Shown in pieces: positions 1 to 18,900 of a stretch of DNA of 43,187 nt. How positions within the stretch are numbered: position 1 is the stretch's first letter; each line of letters opens with the position of its first letter. The position numbers were made by a program, and so were the translations under genes. Source of the DNA: Phoronis australis (taxonomy: Eukaryota > Animalia > Phoronida); NCBI GenBank assembly GCA_002633005.1, contig NMRA01000176.1, positions 273,753-316,939 on the forward strand, written 5' to 3'. A model generated the notes under the pieces. It saw only the letters and a list, made by a program, of their open reading frames with translations. It ran no database searches and was not told the origin of the DNA.

Positions 1-394
1 TTTGTTTTTTTTTTTAATTTTTGGGTCCTGGCCCGAGGGGGGGTTTAAACCCCCTGAACCCCCCGTAGATCCGCCACTGAAGGGGCGAATCGGGTGATGA
101 GGCTAAATCACGTGTGAGGCATATCGGTTATTATCCGCGCCAAATAAACCGCAGAAAGCGATTCGTCATTGTTCTAATTTGAATGAGATTTGTCGAAGTC
201 AGGACTACGTTCTTAAAAATGGTAATCATAATCCTTGCTGTGGAGAAAATCCGAATTTGTCGACTCGTTTATGTATTAAAATAAAGACTTATCTCCCTTG
301 TCATGCACACTAGTCGGGGAATGCCCTGTCGATGGAATCCCCGAGTAGAATCGCGACGTATGCGGGCGGCGTGAGTTAAATGGCCGGTCTTTCG

Positions 395-551
395 CATGGG
401 CGGCGCAGCACTGAAAAAAGTAGGGGGCTAAAACCCCTCAGGCCCCCTGTGGTGCCCCGCTTATAGGCCATGTGCGACCTAGCTCTGAAAAAAGTGGGGG
501 GCTATAGCCCCCCTCCTCCCCCCCCCCGGCCCCCTATGGTGCGCGCCCATG
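395..551. mobile_element. Small GC-rich MITE
   Basis: TIR CATGGGCG...CGCCCATG with flanking direct repeat TTCG (391-394, 552-555); absent from the homologous site near 27400. Confidence 0.7.
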
Positions 552-682
552 TTCGAGTCTAACCTGGATATTAAACCTTAAAAATGTGTCTAGCCACAGA
601 GACGTAAAAATACATTAGAGAACAAGTCAAGGAGTTGTCTGACGAAAGGGTTTAGTTTTTTTACGGAAAACTAGCTTCGATC

Positions 683-926
683 CATGCGCGCACCCAGCCT
701 AAATTTTTCGGTATGCGGACCTTTTACTGAAAAAAATCAACGTGGACTAAAAAGCGAGGCTCCACCAGGTTCAGGCCTACGAATTGTGCACCCACGCCGA
801 ATTCCTGTGGACTTTGTGGACTTTTGTCTCGTTTGCTCGGACATTTTGCTTCGTTAAGGTGGACCTTCAGTGCCCAATTCGCCAAATTGGGGGGAGTCTA
901 CCGATACCCCCCTGGGTGCGCCCGTG
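683..926. mobile_element. Small MITE
   Basis: TIR CATGCGCGCACCCAG...CTGGGTGCGCCCGTG with direct repeat CGATC (678-682, 927-931); empty site near 27260. Confidence 0.75.
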
Positions 927-2908
927 CGATCACATGAAAAGTAAATATGACCAAACTGCGGCGATGGTAGTGTTACGGATTAGGTATTATGCTGAATTCA
1001 GGGTTACGTTTCTTCTTTTAAATTGTTGATAAAATGCTTTCTACACGAACCAGGTGATCCGGTTGTATCGTTGTCGAGTTGAGGATATATTCGACAGTGG
1101 TGGCTCATCGCGTTTTGCTGTCATCTGGTTTAATTTGTTGATCGAAAATATTAACATCAAGCATAGCCTAGGTTCAGATGAGGTAGGGACTACCGGAACT
1201 AACAGATGATTTGTCTTTGATCTGAAAGAATTATATTATGTTATTGAAGAATAACTGGTGTTATTAAATATATATTTTTATTACATTAAAAAACAGGCTC
1301 GTAATTGAAAATAAAATCTATTTGACCATTTTGTAAATTTTGAAAAAAAAATTAAAACGAGCACAGCCCGGCAAAAATCGCTTTCGCATTATATCCGTGT
1401 TCTCATTTTATCTCTTGCACACATTCGCAAGTAATTATTTGACCATCAATCCTGCTTTCTTGGTTTTAATAATTCTTACGTCTATTTCATGTGTTAGGTT
1501 TCAAATACCAATCTGGACCAAATTGAATTTTAAAATTAAAAACCTAATTCGTTCGTCCAAAGCACTCGTTTTAGAGCTCAATTTCAGTTAACTGGACGGA
1601 GCAAGCGCATAGTTATCATGTTTTCTCAGGGGCCTCGTTCATCCGAGGGGAAAGGTGTCTGTGCCTTCTGAGAGGGGCTTTTTTTCGCCGAGCGGTGTGA
1701 GCCTTTTGTGCTCTTTCAAATTTTTCACCTGTGTTGTTACAGGTGATTTGAACTTCAGAGAGAACTTTTCAATCACTAGGGTAATTTTTAGGCCTCGTGG
1801 GGGGAATTTCGGGGGATTTTCCAATATTTTTGAGAGGAGAAAAGGGCCCATATTCGGACCCAAAATCGAGGGATTGGGGGCCCTGTCCTTTTTGGAAAGA
1901 AAAATGCATCATGATTCAACTCGTAGTCACGAAAACACAGTCTGGCTGGCCGAAGATTCTGCGGTCGTTGCTATCTCGATGCTCGGCAACCAAGATGCGA
2001 CAAAATATGATCTATGTCTTTTCGTGAAATTTACACGGACATATATTTCTTCGTCGCTGCGTATGGCAACACTGAACGCTTCCGAATCTCAACGGCCTTA
2101 AGGATTGTAAAATAGACAGTTGAGTGTATTTTTCCAGCCGTTCGAGCAACGCGGAATTCAACCCGCTGTATGCCGATAAGCGGCCAACAGAGCTATCCAA
2201 AGATGTGTATGTGCTGTACGAGAACTCAGTTGCCGGCTGAATCCTGCATACTGTAATCTCGAGATTAATCGGAAGCCAGTGAGTGTTGCTTGAACTTCAG
2301 TTGGAATACGCGAGGCAACTTGACAAGTTCACTCAAATAATCACGATAATGTTCACAAAAATTTGAACTGCACTAAATAAAAGTTACATTTGAATAAAAT
2401 AATGTCAATTTTAACCAACCTCAGATCAAGTTTCAACTACCGGCGATCAGTCAAGTTCACCAAATAGTTAGCCCAATTCCGTTTCCTGGGTTCAGCGACA
2501 CACGGTAAAGGACTCGGAGAAAATGGTTGGGCGCGACTCCAATAATTACAAAAATTCTTTTCACCGAAAAAAAAATTCACCTTTTTGCCTAAAGTATTCA
2601 ATTCCAAGTTACGCGATTTTGAGATTAAGCAGGATTCCAAGTTTACCTCGCAGCATATGGCAACCCGAAATCTCGTGGGTCTGTGTATGAGGAGACTAGA
2701 ATTTGGTCTGATTCCGAGTTCCGGCCTCCTTGCAACTAATGCTAACTGATCGAATTATAGTGGTTTGGACTGAAGGAAGTTTTCCTTTGAGTCACAATTT
2801 GTACTCTCAATTGACCAAAGCAAGTTTACTAGATTCTTTGTTCGGCAAGTAGAAGACGCGCTGACGACGACCACAGACCAGGCAAAATCAACTGAAACTT
2901 TTTCTCCA

Positions 2909-2998
2909 AAGATGGCGTTGTGAATTCCTCATGTGACGTCAGATCCTCCTCTTACCCATTTTCTCTAAAAGATCTGGAGACAGAAACAAAGTGTGAGT
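2909..2998 (+). promoter_or_regulatory. NACA: Second copy of the NACA promoter and exon 1 (in the duplicated segment)
   Basis: Same motifs: AAGATGGCG 2909-2917, TGACGTCA 2934-2941, donor GTGAGT 2993-2998. Confidence 0.6.
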
Positions 2999-4769
2999 AA
3001 AATCGTGAGTTTTTGTAAAATTTGAGAAACATCCGTGCAAGACGTAACCATTGAAGTTTCACAATCTATCGTGTCTTACTGTTTACATGCTAATTTGTTG
3101 TCAAATTCCGTTTTTAATTGTAAAACTTGTTTATGAATGAATGGACTTCAATCTCCGAATCAGGCATAGCACGGCGCCAGGCAGGTAGACCCATGAAGCG
3201 AGTAAAAGGGAGTCGTCAACACGTACCGGTTTTTTAATTCAAGCTCGATTGACACGAGTAGGATATAGTGCATCCGGATTTAGTGAATAACGGACTAGTT
3301 ATTTCCTAGTAGTAGTGAAACTGGTTCTAGAATGCTAAATCAGCCGCGAGCCGAGGCTGAGTACAGTCAATGATCATAACCATAGTGCACTGCACTACCT
3401 CCTAATATTAGTTACTTCGTTCATCTAGAGCCACGTTTTGTGTCATTTGCCGCAACTAAGCTTGTAGCAATAGCTGAGTTTACCCGACCTGAGAATTGAA
3501 TCAGCAACCCCAATAAAACTGCCAAGCGTGCTGAANGGGAATTTTTTCGCCGAGCGGAGTGAGCCTTTTGTGCTCTTTCAAATTTTTCACCTGTGTTGTT
3601 ACAGGTGATTTGAACTTCAGAGAGAACTTTTCAATCACTAGGGTAATTTTTAGGCCTCGTGGGGGGAATTTCGGGGGATTTTCCAATATTTTTGAGAGGA
3701 GAAAAGGGCCCATATTCGGACCCAAAATCGAGGGATTGGGGGCCCTGTCCTTTTTGGAAAGAAAAATGCATCATGATTCAACTCGTAGTCACGAAAACAC
3801 ACGGCAGTCTGGCTGGCCGAAGATTCTGCGGTCGTTGCTATCTCGATGCTCGGCAACCAAGATGCGACAAAATATGATCTATGTCTTTTCGTGAATTTTA
3901 CACGGACATATATTTTTTCGTCGCTGCGTATGGCAACACTGAACGCTTCCGAATCTCAACGTCCTTAAGGATTGTAAAATAGACAGTTGAGTGTATTTTT
4001 CCAGCCGTTCGAGCAACGCAGAATTCAACCCGCTGTATGCCGATAAGCGGCCAACAGAGCTATCCAAAGATGTGTATGTGCTGTACGAGAACTCAGTTGC
4101 CGGCTGAATCCTGCATACTGTAATCTCGAGATTAATCGGAAGTGAGTGTTGCTTGAACTTGGAATACGCGAGGCAACTTGACAAGTTCACTCAAAAAATC
4201 ACGATAATGTACACAAAAATTTGAACTGCACTAAATAAAGTTACATTTGAATAAAATAATGTCAATTTTAACCAACCTCAGATCAAGTTTCAACTACCGG
4301 CGATCAGTCAAGTTCCGTCACCAAATATAGTTAGCCCGATTCCGTTTCCTATCGGTTCAGCGACACAAGTTACGGTAAAGGACTCGGAGAAAATGGTTGG
4401 GCGCGACTCCAATAATTACAAAAATTCTTTTCACCGAACAAAAATTTCACCTTTTTGCCTAAAGTATTCAATTCCAAGTTACGCGATCTTGAGATTAAGC
4501 AGGATTCCAAGTTTACCTCGCAGCATATGGCAACCAATCTCGCGGGTCTGTGTAGGAGACTAGAATTAGGTCTGATTCCGAGTTCCGGCCTCCTTGCAAC
4601 TAATGCCAACTGATCGAATTATAGTGGTTTGGACTGAAGGAAGTTTTCCTTTGAGTCACAATTTGTACTCTCAATTGACCAAAGCAAGTTTACTAGATTC
4701 TTTGTTCAAGTAGAAGACGCGCTGACGACGACCACAGACCAGGCAAAATCAACTGAAACTTTTTCTCCA

Positions 4770-4859
4770 AAGATGGCGTTGTGAATTCCTCATGTGACGT
4801 CAGATCCTCCTCTTACCCATTTTCTCTAAAAGATCTGGAGACAGAAACACAGTGTGAGT
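4770..4859 (+). promoter_or_regulatory. NACA: Probable NACA core promoter and non-coding exon 1
   Basis: YY1-like AAGATGGCG 4770-4778, CRE palindrome TGACGTCA 4795-4802, pyrimidine-rich TCT/TOP-like start ~4805-4826, donor GTGAGT 4854-4859; could splice to the 6107 acceptor. Confidence 0.7.
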
Positions 4860-6110
4860 AAAATCGTGAGTTTTTGTAAAATTTGAGAAACATCCGCGCA
4901 AGACGTAACCATTGAAGTTTCACAATCTATCGTGTCTTACTGTTAACATGCTAATTTGTTGCCAAATTCCGTTTTTAATTGTAAAACTTGTTTATGAATG
5001 AATGGACTTCAATCTCCGAATCGGGCATAGCACGGCGCCAGGCAGGTAGACCCATGAAGCGAGTAAAAGGGAATCGTCAACACTTACCGGTTTTTTAATT
5101 CAAGCTCGATTGACACGAGTGGGATATAGTGCATCCGGATTTAGTGAATAACGGACTAGTTATTTCCTAGTAGTAGTGAAACTGGTTCTAGAATGATAAA
5201 TCAGCCGCGAGCCGAGGCTGAGTACAGTCAATGATCATAACCATAGTGCACTGCACTACCTCCTAATATTAGTTACTTCGTTCATCTAGAGCCACGTTTT
5301 GTGTCATTTGCGGCAATTAAGCTTGTAGCAATAGCTGAGTTTACCCGACCTGAGAATTGAATCAGCAACCCCAATAAAACTGCCAAGCGTGCTGAAGGCA
5401 ATTGCCCGTTAGCGAGTGGCTAACAGAGGCTCATATGATTCACAGGAAGCACGTGTACATCATTCCCCCTTTCCTACACAAGAGATGCTCCTCCTGGTTT
5501 TGGATTCCAGTAACACCGCAGCGTCCTGGAATTTGCCCTCAGCAACACCACCCTGCCATTCCTCAGCTTTGGCATTAAATAAAATGTTCATTTCACTGCT
5601 GGCTTGCCTTCCTCGTTGACAAAAGTCCACTCCTTGCTCCTCATACTGTCTAAAATTGAATGTTGATGCTAATATGTAGGTTGTGTGAAGTTCACACATG
5701 AACGCGAAAGTAACATGCATCTTCTTGGCCAAAATTCCCTCTACTAAGTATACGTTGCATATGTATACCCCGCGAAGTACACACGGAATTGGAACTTGTG
5801 TTAAATTTCAAATTCCTACCGAATAGAACATTGCTGTGGTTAGTAACATTTACAACCAACACCGAGAATATTGTGGTAGTGCTGTAGCTTCCTGTTAGTT
5901 ATTAGCAACTTACATCACCTGGGAAGTTATCATCTTTTTTGTCACTGGTCATTCCAAGCCTTTCACACATATGACAAAAGTAAAGTTGATTTGACTTTAA
6001 AATGCAAAGTGCACCACAAAGCTGTGACAATTGAGACTTCCCTGTGACATTTTGAGATGTGACAAATTGTGACCTGCCATTAAATATCCTCTACATTGGT
6101 GTTTCAGACA

Positions 6111-10363
<4,253 letters not shown>

Positions 10364-10420
10364 TAGCGGTTTGTGTGTTCATCTTGTTTTGCTTTTCTTT
10401 TACTTATTTCTACTCCAACC

Positions 10421-10426
10421 AATAAA
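10421..10426 (+). terminator. NACA polyadenylation signal
   Basis: AATAAA 57 nt after the stop, followed by a GT/T-rich tract. Confidence 0.8.
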
Positions 10427-12603
10427 GACATAAAACTCTGACAATGTTGTTTTTTGTGAATCTAGAATCCAGGGTTCCAAAATCCAATGACTCATCTCAG
10501 ATGCCCACTAATCCAGTTGCTCCAAACTTGTCTGATTTTTTTAAAGGTGAATGTTACCTTTTCTGAAGAAGTTTATGGTGACTGTTTCCGTTATGAAGGT
10601 ATCATGATCATTTCTGTGTATTTACTTATTATCAAAGGCATTTTGAACCTTTTGTATAAAAATTAGTTACAATTCTCCAAACTGGAAAAATGACACCACA
10701 AGCAAGTTCCGAAAACGTTAACTGGATAAGAAATTGAGGGGTTCAATCAAAATAACATTATTTTATAAAGTAAGCCTGCCATACATGTATGAGCTCGAAT
10801 TGGAGTTGAGCAGAAATGGAAATTATGTCATGAGATCTGAATAAGAATTTCCAGCTTTATCCACGTTGCAATATTGCTGCATGCTGTGAAGCATTTAGAT
10901 AAAAGTACATGGCTACAGTGTACATGTAGCTTTGCAGGACTAATGAATGCTAAACCTGCATGTTTTGTAAACATTTAAGTCGCATGCGGTATGGGCCAAC
11001 TTGAGCCACTTGGCTGTGGCGAATGTTTCTGTTGAAGCAATAGGGAACTTCAAATTCACCAGGTGTTGCAAGGGACATTGCCATAGAAATGCCTGAATTC
11101 AAGTAAATCGTGTGGGGTCGTTTATCACAGGGATGCTCCCATACAGATGAACTGCTCTAGTGATTCGGATGTAGATATGAAAGAGGAACCTTCATATCAT
11201 TACCACCTAGTGAACATCTAGTTATTACCCATTTAACTATGGTTCGAAGTACATGAAGCTGGTTTGAGTATCTCCAATATACACAGTACGAGCCAAATGT
11301 TATCGGACAAAATGACTGGTCATGATAGCTGGCAGAAGCGGAATTCATTGGAGTAGTCTCCCCTCGAGACCAAATGAAAGGGAATGAGCAAGAATGTCAT
11401 AGGTGGCTAAACCATTTTAAAAATGGAATTTTACAGCCCTAATGGTTATTGCCAGTAATTTTTACTTAGCCGTCATGGTAGGAAATGGTGATTTGTTGGA
11501 TTATTTTTGTCTTGTACTATAGCTTAGCTTCTCATTCATACAAAAACGAAGACTTACCATCCAGCGTAAATCATTCCAAGTTTTACTTTCTGTAGGCAGC
11601 AAGCACACAAGTACCAAAATGTTGCCACAAACTTAGCAATAAGTTAAATAATACACAGTGTAATGCACACAGATTGCACATTGAATAAAAACATTTTTCC
11701 AAATGTTAGTTGGCAAACCACCTGTTTTCAAAATCCAAAATAACTTCAACTTGGATGAATTGCTACTTCTCTGAACAGTGATCTTGACTGTTTACCCCCC
11801 CTCCCTTGAAACTAAAAATGGTCTTTCTAGTCTTGGGAACAACAAGCGAATGTGTCGTTAGACTGAACTATCAATATGACGATATGAGACCCAAGATGAC
11901 AGCTGTGTTCTGTAAGGGGAGTGGCAAAATCTCGCTAGTGCTTGCGAGATAGTGATGCACGTTACAAGTGATTGAGAAGCGTGCTCTCACTAACTTAAAT
12001 GTCTTAGTGTCTTGCGTTAATGAACTGACCCCAGTTCAACTGATGGCTTGCTGAGAATCTGGTTGGTTCCTTGCATGACCACTCGGTGGAGTTGCTGCAG
12101 TGTCTTGGGCTATGCACTCATTTTATCCTCCACTAGTGTTGCCATTGTTTAGGACCAGCAAAGGTTCAATTGTATGGACAAAAACTGATCCACTCTCAAT
12201 ATCTTTTTGACAAACTCCATATAAAGATGGAATTTGTGCAAGTTGTTGGAATTTAGTTAATAGTAATATTAGACAAGCTTTAAAAATATTTTTAAAAAGG
12301 TAGACGCACCTAAATTGAGGGTTCCATAACCTTTATGGTGGTAAGAAATTTGTTATTAACAATAATTACTCTGAACATTAACAATTCTGAACAACATTTT
12401 GAACACTAGAAAATATTTGCCAACTTCGACAGAAATTCGCTACGAAGCAAAAAGTCGTGCAGTGGTGTTTGAACGAGTGCGAAATTGCACTGCAAAACAT
12501 GTCTGCCACAGGTTTGAGGAAGCCAGATGAATCTCGATTAAGTTCATACACTTTTTTTTAACGATTGCCTCAATTATATCTATATGTATCCAGACATCAA
12601 CCG

Positions 12604-12953
12604 TCACCTAGCTACAACGGGTTCCTCATTAGCAGTCCTTGACAACAAGTCACTGGCCTTCACTCCTAGAGTCCTTTCCTGAGCTCCATTGAATATTTTC
12701 ATAATTCCCCAGGCACGTTCAGTTCTATCAGCACCGCTCAGTTTCCAGACGGCGTCTTGCGCAGCTTTTTGTAGTCTTTCCAGTTCAGACATTGTGAAAT
12801 TCTTGGAGATGTTCAAATTTGGCTCCAGAGGGTTTTCAATGTACATGGGCGAGAAATCTGGCTTTGGATATGTGCAGCCTTTAACCACAGAGAGAGCCTT
12901 TGACGAGAAGTCGAATGACGCATAAAAGTCGAAAAATTCTACCAGCAATTCCT
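12604..12953 (-). CDS. MTPAP: MTPAP terminal exon 8 (PAP-associated domain)
   Basis: Poly-T plus cag acceptor; ELLVEFFDFY...MYIENPLEPNLNISKN...WGI, stop TGA at 12606-12604. Confidence 0.94.
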
Positions 12954-15900
12954 CTGAAAAAAAAAGAATAAGTATGGAGAACTGGTGATATTTATTGACC
13001 TGATAAGGTGGGACAATTGACACTCTAAGACCTCTAGTGGATGAAGATGCAATTTCCCAGCATTAGCATAACTGAATTTCGCCCATTCTATCACAAACAT
13101 TTTTTGATAAAAATGGGTATCTGCTATGCCAACCACTGCGTCAGTTCATACTTTGCTTGACATTTAGACTGTAGCAAACAGTACAAGTGCCCACGTACTA
13201 CCGTGAGCCTTGATGAAAAACACGTTAAAACGTACAAAATGGTCTATGTTGGTGAAACAGAACGCGAAGGATTGCGGTGCGTGTAAAACGAAAAAATAAT
13301 TTTGACCCATTTCTGCTGGCAGATCACTATATAACTGTGTCCAGTAGCAATTATGCTATTGTTTTGTCCTTACCTAAACTGGTTTCATTGCGAGAGGCTG
13401 GTAGTTTTGACACATCCTTCACAAACGAACAGTCAACACTATCAATCAACCTCTTTTCCGTTATGTCTGAAATGACCAATGAAGCTAAGCTTTATCACAG
13501 CATGTACTGTGTAAAGTTAATGTACGAGGCATCTACCAGAACAGCATAAGATACACATATCTTCGCAGCACCTAAAAGTCAAAATGGTAATCGAAATCGT
13601 TAAGTGCAAGCATTGGCCGATCACATCATTTGAATAGTTCAGCGCTTGGAATGACCAATGATAAAAAAGAGGACAATTTTCCTGGTGATTTATCGTACCA
13701 CAAATAAATAGGGTTGTGTGACTGAAATATTCTTTGGGTTGTAAAATTTAAATGAAACGGAACGTTTTTGCATGAATAAGGTCAAAATAATGATAAAAAA
13801 GAGACAAAAAAGGAAACTGGAAATCAAATAAGAGGATACTGAAACCCAATAGGGAAATTCCAAGCCCTGTGAGAGTTTGTTTAAATCATGGTTAAGTCTT
13901 CCTAATAATCCTATCCCAAAGTGAAGTTTTCCAAACCAAATTTTCAACAGCAAAACCTTAATGATCAAGGAGAGAGAACACCTCCATGATACTCCTTCAA
14001 TCCCTATTAGTTGAGAATTCTAAAATATTTGAAGTTAAAATGCAGCGATGAGGTCTAGACAAGAATGCCAAAACTTCAAATTAAGAAAGTCAGTCTTGAA
14101 ACTATCATAGGGGCAAAAGTAATGAATGATTTCCACACTATTCAAATCACGGACGGTTGGTAATTAGCTGTCGTCAATGAAAACTAAATTTATCAGAAAG
14201 ACACCGAAGCTTTTTGGGTACAAACAAGACTTAAAACCCTTTTCCATTTTCATAGCAGGTTTTGGATATATTTTGTTTCAAATACAGTTAGCTTAATTAT
14301 AAAATTGTTACTTACAAAATTATGATAGGAAACAAGTTATACAAGTACCTGAAGCTGAAATGACTGCATTAACAGTGGGCAAAACAGCAGGGGTCCTAGT
14401 TTGCAAGAAGAACATCACCAGCATTGACAACATGAAATTTGATATCCATGGTCCAGGGCTTTTGTTTGTCAATTCATTCATCCTGGCCCAGTGCCTGACA
14501 GTGAACACCAGAGGGCGCAAACGGTTGTCGTATTCACCAAAGAGGTACAACAATTCGGACATGGGAACACCAGTTCTGAAAACAAAACATGGAGAACAAA
14601 TGTTGATTTTGCTTGAAAGTAAGGTGGGGATTCATCAAAGCGTAGAACTAGTTCTATGATCCAATTTATGGCAAAAACCCAGAAAGAAACCAGAAAACAT
14701 AAATAACAAAAAATTGATTGCCAGAAAATTTTGTTTCGAAATTATAATTTTCAATGCCAGAGAAGAAATGTCAAAATATTTTTGAAAACTACAGTACAGC
14801 ATTTGTCAAAGACAAGGGGACAAATACCCTACGACACAGCGCCACCTACATGTGAACCTGTGGAACCATGATGAATTCCATGTGTGGGCATCGATGAAAC
14901 TTCATAATTCCAGCCTTCAATTCAAGCAAATCGGACAATAAAAATATAACAAAACTAATTTTATGTTTACAAAAAGTTCATATCTATCGGCAGCAAAAAT
15001 ACGAATTCCAATTTGTAATATTTAATTTGAAAGTGGTTTCCTAACTTACAACCAATGGGAATGACTGAATGTTCAATGAGAAGCTATGTAAAACGACATT
15101 CAACAGTACTACAGTACCCTTCGTAGCACTGTGAAAGAGTGTAGCGGACAAAATGCCAAGGGATTTCCTGTTATGAGAGAAATTACTGTCATTGCAACCA
15201 CACATCACGACAAGGATTTACTGGAAATAAACAAGCAGTGGCATAAATGACAATCTATAGTTGGGATTGTGCCAGAGTAATAAATCATTCAGTCAGAGAA
15301 TTAGTTGACAATATTGAGAAACCGTTATTTATTTAAACGATGGACATTCTCATTCATCTACGTGAATAACTAGATGGAAAAGAATTATCAATCAGAACTT
15401 ACTGTAAAATAATTTGCACACCTGGTTCCTTCTACTGGGTAATGGTGACTAAGTTAATGCGAAAATTTTGTCGGAACACCAATGGAGAGAGCCGTAATTT
15501 TCACTGGTAATCCATTTGCTGTAGAAGGAGTCAGGCAGATCCACAACGTCAGAAACAATGTTTTACAATAAGTTCCAGATGTTGTGATTTATAGCTTTTT
15601 TTCACACCTGTTCCATTACTTTTGGCCTGTGCAATAACCCTCACACCAATGTATGGTCTCATCAGGTCTTACCTGTTAGTCATACAGAGGTCACACTCGA
15701 TGTTGGACGCCTCGTGCATAAACTTTAGGATGGGGACGCGAGCACGGGGAATCCTCTGCACCTGGTGACACTGAGGAACGAAGTACTGCAACATGTCCGC
15801 CAGAATTTGAAGGCTGTGCTGAGTGAACACGCGTTCATCAGTGTGTCGCTTCTTAGTCATGAAACGCAGTTTAGCGTCGCGCTGAGCCTAGGACATACCA

Positions 15901-18900
15901 CACAACACATATAATAGTTGTAAAACCGAACAAATTATACGTCTAGGTAATGACTGCTCAGCAACATAATGTCTCATAAAAATCTTTTTTTTATGATTTA
16001 GACAGATTACAGAGTTATAAATGAAGATTTCAGAGTCATTAAATCACCGTATTGACCACTACTATGAGAACGCCATTTCAAATTTCATTTCACAATTTTT
16101 TCGTAAAGTAGGAATTACTTGAATGAGATTCGAACTTGGCCTCTATCATTTTGCAAGTCCACTTGAATGCAAAGTGCATTCCCACTGTCACACAGTTGAA
16201 CAAAAAGTGTGTTTTCAAAGACTAAAATGCTACATCTGTCTTTCAATACACATCATTTGCGCAGACATTACCATATGCACTCAGGAGCGTGATGACAAGC
16301 AGATCACATTGATAAAACCAAAAGACAGTTGTCGATTATTTTGCATTTAAAATGATGAAAATAACCCCAAAACATATTTCCCCCAAAATAATCAATTGTT
16401 ACTTTATCCATCCCAAGCATCTCCTGGAACCTTATTTAAAATCTTTCCACGACGCTCTGGGTACGAAACTGGTCTGGTAGACTGAGTGGAGAAATGATTG
16501 ACATACAAACATTGCCTCATTCTATCGATTATTTAGCAGATGTAACCACATAATAGGTTCCGCTTCCATCATTATTGCATTTCTGGGGTCTGTTGACATC
16601 AACGAAAGTCAATAATTTGTGTTATTCCAAAGAATAACATGCAAATTCAATGCAATACATTTATGTTCCGTTCACTTGTTACATGTTTTGCCATGATTTC
16701 TTTACTTTAATGTTATTACAACATTGGCTAAATATAACTACAGACAGGGAGTTTTAGTAATAACGACAACACTGTGAAATAAACCAAATCCCTATCAAGG
16801 CCTCGACCCCCAAGTAGGAACAGAAAAGCACAGTAACATCATACTTTCAAAAATTTGCAGGCCTCGGACATTTTCAGATTCAGGCAACCATCGGGGCAAT
16901 TTAGCACTTGAAATTTTCACAATATTATGTATATGGATTAATCGGTGTGCTTCAACAACAGTAGCACCCAATGTATGTTCCCCAGCAAGAATTATCAGTG
17001 ATTGACCAAATCCAAGGCAGGAAATACTTTTTGAAGTGCTTAGTAATTTACAGCACCACATAGAGCTGGCTTAATTACTATCCTAGTTTTTAATTTTGGC
17101 ATTTTAATATTACTTAACTGGGACCAAAACATCCAAATGACATCAAACTAAACAAGTGTGATATTGTCCAAGCTTGAAATAAATCTTGCCAAAAAGGATT
17201 ATTCATGCTCAAATTCAAGTGTCACACTGGTATTATCCTGGTTATATGCACGTCTTCTTTTTTCTCATGCATTGCAATTTTTATTTACTAAAATGAAATA
17301 AAATTATATAAAATCACCACAAAATGCCATTAGTGTGCTATCTTGCCAAAACATGCTCAACTCACGCCAGTTTCTGGTCCAAGGACGAGCACCATATCTA
17401 GATCACACCCATGCTTGCCAAACCCATTCACGGACGAGCCAAAAGGTGTCACTGCACATTTTGGGAAAAGACTTGAGAACACATCTTCAATGACGGAGCA
17501 GACAAAAAACTTCATCCTAACATCAAGATCTGACAACTTTGTCGAGTTGTATACTTCTCGGATCTGCTCCGAAATCTGAAGATAGGAAACATTACACATA
17601 GTTACACAAAACTGTTACAGTTATAAGAATTCTGTCAGACCACTAATGTTAAAAATTTGCCAAACCTTAAAAGAAATGGTTCGTACATAAACAAACATTT
17701 TCCTGGTTCCCTTCAGAACTTCTCCAATGACTATTGACACAAGACATCACCCACATATTTCTTCCATTCATGTAAGCAAGGATGCAATTAGCCACTCGCC
17801 CTGTCGCCAATACGACTAAAAGGAGGCTCGCAATGAGAAATTTGCTGGCAAGTAAATTTCCAAGTGGTTAGGCACTCCTATTGTTCTTCTGTGAGGAATT
17901 GAAATAAAAACTGTTTCCTCACTGTGGTGTTTTGACCTGCAGATGAGCTTCGTTGAAAAGTGACACGTTTCTGAGGCATCATCTGTAGTAATTTATTCAA
18001 AAATAACTAAATTTTGTTTTGTGCTTGCCGTTGCATCTGAATTGGCAACATCACATCCCAGTAAGCATGTTGGTTCTCTGCACAGTCATGTTGTTCAATA
18101 TGGTGCTTACCAAGATCAGTCAGCTACCGACTTTCATTCTGGGACAAAACAAACTCATTTTTCGCTTCAATTCTGATAACCCACGTTTACTCGGTTCCAA
18201 AGTTTTTAAAAGGCATGGTGGGATCGCGTGAAACTTTGAATGACTTATTTTTCATATATGGCATAACTAGATCCATTTGTTCAGTCACAAAGCAATTTAT
18301 GATTGGCTAACAATAAAAAAACTGGTCACATTCTGCACTCTCTACAAATACTTCCTGACCTTTGCAAACAAAAACATTTGAAATAAAATATTATTGAAAC
18401 AGCACATTTTCTACACCCAAGTATAGATAATAAACACATTTATTTTTACCTTGCTTTGAGTCCTAAATAAAAAAATACCTATGTAATCGACAACACAAGC
18501 ACGACTTTTCTCAACCATGACACTCAGCATTGCAGGGAATCTGGCTCTCGGTGTGTGAAAAGTGCCTTTTTTGGTAAGATAGGAACTATCATCTTGATAA
18601 AAATATCTGAATAGCGCTTTTTGATTACTATTTGGCAGCAAGTTTGATGACTATGTCAATGCAAAACAATAATTTTGAGCTCGAAAATAGGGCAACCTAG
18701 CTTTGGGCTGAGCAACTTCATTTCTGACTCGGTCCCCATTGGCAACCAGGCTTTTGAGGTCTAGGTGTCTCCCTGTATGAGGAATGTTTATACAAAAATT
18801 ACCCTATACTCAAAACTCGCTCAGTTTTTCAAACTTTAAAGGATTTGGTCACATAATGCAGTGGCGCTATAATACTCCCGAATAATGAATGTCAACAGAA

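Larger units (their letters stand above)
369..1920 (+). repeat. Dispersed repeat, inverted homologue of 26351-27424
   Basis: Collinear shared blocks, e.g. gcgtgagttaaat..ccggtctttc, catgaaaagtaaatatgaccaaa, caatttcagttaactggac, gccttttgtgctctt. Confidence 0.85.
1675..5396. repeat. Tandem ~1.86-kb near-identical duplication (~1675-3535 / 3537-5396), probably uncollapsed alleles
   Basis: Copies differ by scattered SNPs and small indels and are joined exactly at a single N (3536). Confidence 0.85.

Noticed and set aside
1655-2101. 148-aa ORF and neighbouring short ORFs
   Set aside because: Lie largely in a dispersed repeat, the frame is altered by an indel in the second copy, and no motif is recognisable.
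5400-5482. H/ACA snoRNA in NACA intron 1
   Set aside because: ANANNA and ACA words are present but the second hairpin is too weak.
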